This document shows, one piece after another, positions 22,569 through 26,724 of a stretch of 26,724 nt of DNA. The stretch is taken from IMG/VR virus record IMGVR_UViG_3300044878_000170, positions 1-26,724 of that record. One strand, 5' to 3'. The number at the start of each line of letters is the position of its first letter. Position 1 is the stretch's first letter. A model generated the notes under the pieces. That model made no database searches. It worked only from the letters and a program-made list of their open reading frames with translations, and was not told the DNA's origin. The position numbers and the translations under genes are program-made. Source of the stretch: a virus. Lineage: Duplodnaviria > Caudoviricetes.

Positions 22569-23196
22569 CGTAGGCGAACGGGATGTTCCCTGTCGCCGTG
22601 ATCGCCGCGGCCGTGGACGGCGTGGACGCGGCGTTGGTGAGCCCGGAGCTGCTGTCCCCGTTGAGTACCGGCGTGAGGGCGATGCCGGCCCCGGTGGTGG
22701 AGGCGATGCCCCGGACAGAGGTCGGCGTGGTTGCCACTTCACAGATGCCCACATAGTAGAGCCCGTCGGTCGGGACGGTGTACGTGCTTGACAGTGGCAG
22801 GGTGAGGGTTGACCCGGCGTTCCATGCCGAGGTGTTGTCGGCCGTGGTCCTGAGCAGGTTCCGGGATCCGTCGAACAGTGCATACCAACGGTTGGTCAGG
22901 GACGTTGCCGCGGTCCCGCAGAGGTACGCAATGTTCGTGACGACGGTCCCCTTCGGCAGCCACACGGCGGTGAGGCGCAGCGTGCCCGAGGTGAGTGCCG
23001 GAACAACAGTGCCCGTGATGAGGCGCCGATCCAGCGTCACAGCCAGTGCGTTGTTTGGGGCGAACCGGAGTGCCGATGCGTCCAACTGCGCCGGGGTGGC
23101 GACGGACGCCAACCTCGCCGGGAGGTTGGCGTCCTGCACCTTGATTTGCGCGGGGATTGTGTTGTCCGCCCCGACGGAGACGATGGTGTTGACCAT
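22561..23196 (-). CDS. Probable minor tail/virion protein, 211 aa
   Basis: Thr/Ala-rich beta-type composition; last gene of the tail cluster. Confidence 0.65.
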   Translation of the reverse strand: MVNTIVSVGADNTIPAQIKVQDANLPARLASVATPAQLDASALRFAPNNALAVTLDRRLITGTVVPALTSGTLRLTAVWLPKGTVVTNIAYLCGTAATSLTNRWYALFDGSRNLLRTTADNTSAWNAGSTLTLPLSSTYTVPTDGLYYVGICEVATTPTSVRGIASTTGAGIALTPVLNGDSSSGLTNAASTPSTAAAITATGNIPFAYVT

Positions 23197-23211
23197 GAGG
23201 TGATCCTGTCG

Positions 23212-25386
23212 TTAGATGGCGAACTGGTCGTACAGGCCGGGGCCCTGCGTGAAGATGTAGTCCCCGCTGAACCGCTGCACGGTCCCGGAGGGGATCGCGG
23301 TGCCGGCGGCGTAGGCCCGGTTGTAGACCTTCGTGATCGAGGCGTCCCGGTGCTGGAGGAATGCCTTCGTTGCGTCGGGGTTTTTGTTGCCCTTGCCGCG
23401 CCGGATGGTTTCCTGCGGGTTGGTGTACCGGACCGCCCCGGCCACCGTCTTGTTCGTGGAGGACAGGAACATGTGGCTCATGGCCGTGTCGTTCTCCGGG
23501 ACGAGGTTGGTGACGGTGCCGGCGAGGGCCGCGCTGGTGGCGTACCCGTTACCGATGGAGGTCACGAGCTTGTCGAACAGGGCCATCGAGGCGGGGAGCA
23601 TCATGTGGTAGTTGTCGCCCAGTTCGATGTTCGCCAGGGCCTTCCACTTGCCGTTCACCGTGACCTGCCCGGTGGTGCGGAGGATGTGGCTGGTGGCGAG
23701 TTCAACAAGGTTGGTGGATCCGCTGGCACTGTTGCGCCCGTAGACGCGCTGGACGAGCTCGAAACTCGTCAGCGCCCGGTACTGGTTCGTCGCCATCGAG
23801 GAAACGTCGATGACCGTGTCCCCGTCGAGGTAGACCGGCGCATCAGCCTGGAACATGGTTGCCACACTGTGGTACGGCATCCATTCAAGGTTCGTCGCGC
23901 CCGCCGGCTGAACCTGCATGGCAATGTCCATGTTCGACGCCGGCTTCAGCAGGATGTCTTTGTTGACCTGCCGGAATGGCGCGTACACGGAGAACACGGT
24001 GGCGCTGGCACTGGAGGTGTCGGCGTTGTTCCCAAGCCATCCGCGGCCCGTCCCAGCCCCGCCCGATGGCGTGTTGGCTGGGTCGTCGCCCAGGAACTTA
24101 CCCGTGATGGTGTAGGTCCCGGCCCGGACGTTGCTCATCAGGGTTACGCCTGTGGTGTCGTAGGCGCCTGCTGCGGAGGTGTAGGTGCTGACCGTTACCT
24201 GCTGGTCGAGTTCGCCGCCGCTGATGGTCAGCTGCCACACGCCGCCCTGGTTGTTGCGGTAGGTGTGGAAGCGGAGTGCGGATCCGGCGTTGTCCACGGT
24301 GATGGTGGCTGTGAACGTCGCCGGGGTTGCCTTGTCGGTGGTGTAGTTGAACGCGCCGCCAGCGACAGAGGCGTAGGTGCCGGCGAGTGTCATGTCAGTG
24401 CCGATTACCTTGGCCGCCTGGACCGTGATTGGGGTGCTGGTGCCTGCCCAGATGTTGGCTAGGACGCGGTAGTCGTCGCCGGCCGTGGAGCCGTAGAACT
24501 GATACGTCACATGCGCGCCGGACGGGGTCAGGCAGGACACTTCGACTTCGTTCGTGCCGGTGTTCTTCTTCAGCTGGAGCTTCGTGCACTTGGACCGTGC
24601 CGCGAGGGCCTGTACGTAGTCGTACTGGTCAGTTGGGAGGCCCGCGGGGATCTGCGGGACCGGGACCTTGGCTGCGGCGTCGAGGGACGCTACACCGTTC
24701 GCCGCGGCCTTCTGTGCGGCGTCCAGCTTCGGGGCTGCGGCAGCGGCGGCGAGGGCCTTGACCTGGGTGTTGGTGTTCGTGCCGTTCGTGGAGACGAGGG
24801 AGGACACGCCGGAGTCGTTCGCCGCTGCCTGATTCGCCGCCGAAGCCGCGTAGGAGGCTGCGGAAGATGCGGAGTCGGCAGACCGGCTAGCGGCGTCCTG
24901 TGCGGCCGCGACAAGGGCCTCAGCCTGTTCCGTGCCCAGCCCCGGAGAGGACGGCACCCGTACCACGGAAGCAAGGTCAATGACCGATCCGGAGGGCACC
25001 GCGAAACTGTGCGTCGGAATGGACGGGGTGACGCCGCTGATCGCGTTGAAACGGTACTCAGCCGACCACGTCCACCCATCAACACTCAGATCCGGATCAT
25101 CCGTAGCCACCAAACGCACACCACGATAAGCCGGGGTGACACCGTCAGGCATCGGCGTGCACAGGTAACCGTCAGTGTCCAGCACCGCCACAATAGGCAA
25201 GGGCAGGATGGTCGCCGCGTTCGGTGACGCTGTCGGATCCGGGAGGTACCCGACAGAGGCGGTGAACTTGACCGTCCCACCAAGGGGGATCGCGTCCGGT
25301 TCCTGGTCCCCGTCGCCGCCATCGACAACACCGGCCAGGAACTGACCGGTTACCCGGCCGGTCGAAACATTCGTAGGCAAAAGCAA
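23212..25386 (-). CDS. Tail fibre/receptor-binding protein, 724 aa
   Basis: TTG start after AGGAGG; N-terminal adaptor, Ala/Ser linker, KAAANGVASLDAAAKVP..QIP fibre motif, long beta-rich C-terminus. Confidence 0.75.
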   Translation of the reverse strand: MLLPTNVSTGRVTGQFLAGVVDGGDGDQEPDAIPLGGTVKFTASVGYLPDPTASPNAATILPLPIVAVLDTDGYLCTPMPDGVTPAYRGVRLVATDDPDLSVDGWTWSAEYRFNAISGVTPSIPTHSFAVPSGSVIDLASVVRVPSSPGLGTEQAEALVAAAQDAASRSADSASSAASYAASAANQAAANDSGVSSLVSTNGTNTNTQVKALAAAAAAPKLDAAQKAAANGVASLDAAAKVPVPQIPAGLPTDQYDYVQALAARSKCTKLQLKKNTGTNEVEVSCLTPSGAHVTYQFYGSTAGDDYRVLANIWAGTSTPITVQAAKVIGTDMTLAGTYASVAGGAFNYTTDKATPATFTATITVDNAGSALRFHTYRNNQGGVWQLTISGGELDQQVTVSTYTSAAGAYDTTGVTLMSNVRAGTYTITGKFLGDDPANTPSGGAGTGRGWLGNNADTSSASATVFSVYAPFRQVNKDILLKPASNMDIAMQVQPAGATNLEWMPYHSVATMFQADAPVYLDGDTVIDVSSMATNQYRALTSFELVQRVYGRNSASGSTNLVELATSHILRTTGQVTVNGKWKALANIELGDNYHMMLPASMALFDKLVTSIGNGYATSAALAGTVTNLVPENDTAMSHMFLSSTNKTVAGAVRYTNPQETIRRGKGNKNPDATKAFLQHRDASITKVYNRAYAAGTAIPSGTVQRFSGDYIFTQGPGLYDQFAI

Positions 25387-25407
25387 GGGGAAGCCTCCTG
25401 TGGCTCA

Positions 25408-25438
25408 GCACGGCCCCGGGGAATGCCCGGGGCCGTGC
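25408..25438. repeat. Perfect 13-bp intergenic hairpin without a U tract
   Basis: GCACGGCCCCGGG-GAATG-CCCGGGGCCGTGC. Confidence 0.7.
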
Positions 25439-25443
25439 AGGGT

Positions 25444-26724
25444 TTAGTAGATCGGGGCAGGGCCGGTGAGCTTCGTCCACATGTTGACCACGCGGCCGTC
25501 GTTGGACCCGACCACGAGCTCACCCGTGAGAGACGGGCCCGCGATGGTGCGGATACCGAGGCCAGCGGGCTGGTTGATGGTGTCCTGCCACAGCAGCTTG
25601 AAGTTGAACCCGTCGTAGGTGCCGACGATGAACGACGGTGCCGGGTTCGTCTCCGCGGAGAAGCCGAACAGGACGGGCCCGTCGTCGCCTTCACGCCGTA
25701 CCCGGTGGATCGCCTGGCACAGGTTCGTGCGGGTCACCCCGTCATCGCCCGGGATGGTGTAGGCCTGCTCAATCGGGTACGTTCCGGTGCGTTTGCCCTG
25801 GGCGCGGTCGATCCTTTGCACACCGTTCGGTGCCACGTCCGTCCCGAACAGGATTGCCTTGGGCATCGCGATGATGCCGACCACCTGATAGGGGTCGTTG
25901 TTGACCGGGCCGTAGAACGCCGTCTGCCACGACGCGCCGAGGTCATCCGAGTACAGGATGCCGTTCGTGTCGTCCCCGAACGTCACCCAGATGCGGTCCC
26001 AGTACGGATCCCAGCACACGCCGTGAACATGGTTGCCGGTCGGGGTGGACCTACCCTGCGTGGCAAGGTAGGCGTTCAGGTCAAAGACCGTGGACCAGGT
26101 TTTGCCCGAGTCGAGGGACATGTAGACGTAGCGGGCGTTCTCGGTGACCGTGTTGCCGTTCCAAGTGGGGAGTTTCGGCCCGTACTCGGCCATCAGGACG
26201 ATGTTCTTGTACGTGCTGAAACCCCACGAGGCGTTGAACGTGGCGTAGGGTGCGTGCGCGGTGAGGACCTTGGACCAGGTGACGGTGCCGGTGCCGTAGC
26301 CGCTGGAGAGCCACAGCTCCCGCGGGTCCGGGTCAACCTTCGTGCAGGCGATCAGTTCACCGTTGTCGAGCTGCCGAACCCACGTAAACGGATCCGCAAA
26401 CACCTTCAGGTCCGTCCACGTCGCCCCGTTGTCGCGGGTCTCTTTGAGTCGGCCAGCGGAGTGGTTGCCGTTGAACCCGACCGTGCGGTCCTTGTTGTAC
26501 TCGGTGATGATGTCGCCGGAGTTAGCCGCGGTCAGGGTCGGGGACCAAGCACCGAGCGCTGCGCGGGTGGGGTCGCCGGGTCCTGCGGTGGTTGCGCCTC
26601 CGGGTGTGCTGGAGGTGGAGAACGCCCGGATTCCCCACGCGCCCCACACCCCGGCTGCAGGCAGTCGGCGCCGGTACACGTCCGGGTTGTCACCGACCGG
26701 GGTGAACTCCTGGATCACGTCGCC
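25444..26724 (-). CDS. Minor tail protein with Asp-box (BNR/sialidase-like) beta-propeller; 5' end outside the window
   Basis: Frame open to the window edge; Asp boxes TRDNGATW, SLDSGKTW, SDDLGASW and partial TYDGFNF. Confidence 0.8.
   Translation of the reverse strand, partial: GDVIQEFTPVGDNPDVYRRRLPAAGVWGAWGIRAFSTSSTPGGATTAGPGDPTRAALGAWSPTLTAANSGDIITEYNKDRTVGFNGNHSAGRLKETRDNGATWTDLKVFADPFTWVRQLDNGELIACTKVDPDPRELWLSSGYGTGTVTWSKVLTAHAPYATFNASWGFSTYKNIVLMAEYGPKLPTWNGNTVTENARYVYMSLDSGKTWSTVFDLNAYLATQGRSTPTGNHVHGVCWDPYWDRIWVTFGDDTNGILYSDDLGASWQTAFYGPVNNDPYQVVGIIAMPKAILFGTDVAPNGVQRIDRAQGKRTGTYPIEQAYTIPGDDGVTRTNLCQAIHRVRREGDDGPVLFGFSAETNPAPSFIVGTYDGFNFKLLWQDTINQPAGLGIRTIAGPSLTGELVVGSNDGRVVNMWTKLTGPAPIY

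Overview
High-GC temperate actinobacteriophage genome segment; gene content and style resemble Arthrobacter/Micrococcaceae siphoviruses, which is an inference. Most genes are on the minus strand. From right to left on the + coordinates: the end of the tail module (Asp-box beta-propeller protein, tail fibre, minor tail protein), an oppositely oriented acetyltransferase, the lysis cassette (two membrane proteins, CHAP endolysin, holin), an intact attP carrying the 3' two-thirds of tRNA-Val(TAC), a tyrosine integrase flanked by two HNH genes, and an immunity switch (ImmA/IrrE-like ORF, XRE repressor, Cro). A long early operon follows (small ORFs, Xis-like HTH, AAA recombinase, NrdH, SSB, C5 methyltransferase, replication initiator with internal origin, helicase loader, DnaB, RusA-like resolvase, Zn/HTH regulator). 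The left end holds a structured ~290-nt non-coding leader, a metallophosphoesterase and the start of a probable small terminase. The most striking unexplained structures are: (i) a 10-bp GGAACA[C/G]TA[C/G] unit in head-to-tail arrays over nearly every promoter-like intergenic region; (ii) a shared promoter-AACAAGA-hairpin-RBS leader at four loci; (iii) a LexA-type SOS box in the switch next to a degenerate ImmA-like protease; (iv) a truncated second copy of the replication initiator just after cro; (v) the multi-hairpin late leader; (vi) a leaderless antisense O-acetyltransferase beside glycan-binding tail genes. All product calls come from motif reading; no database search was run.
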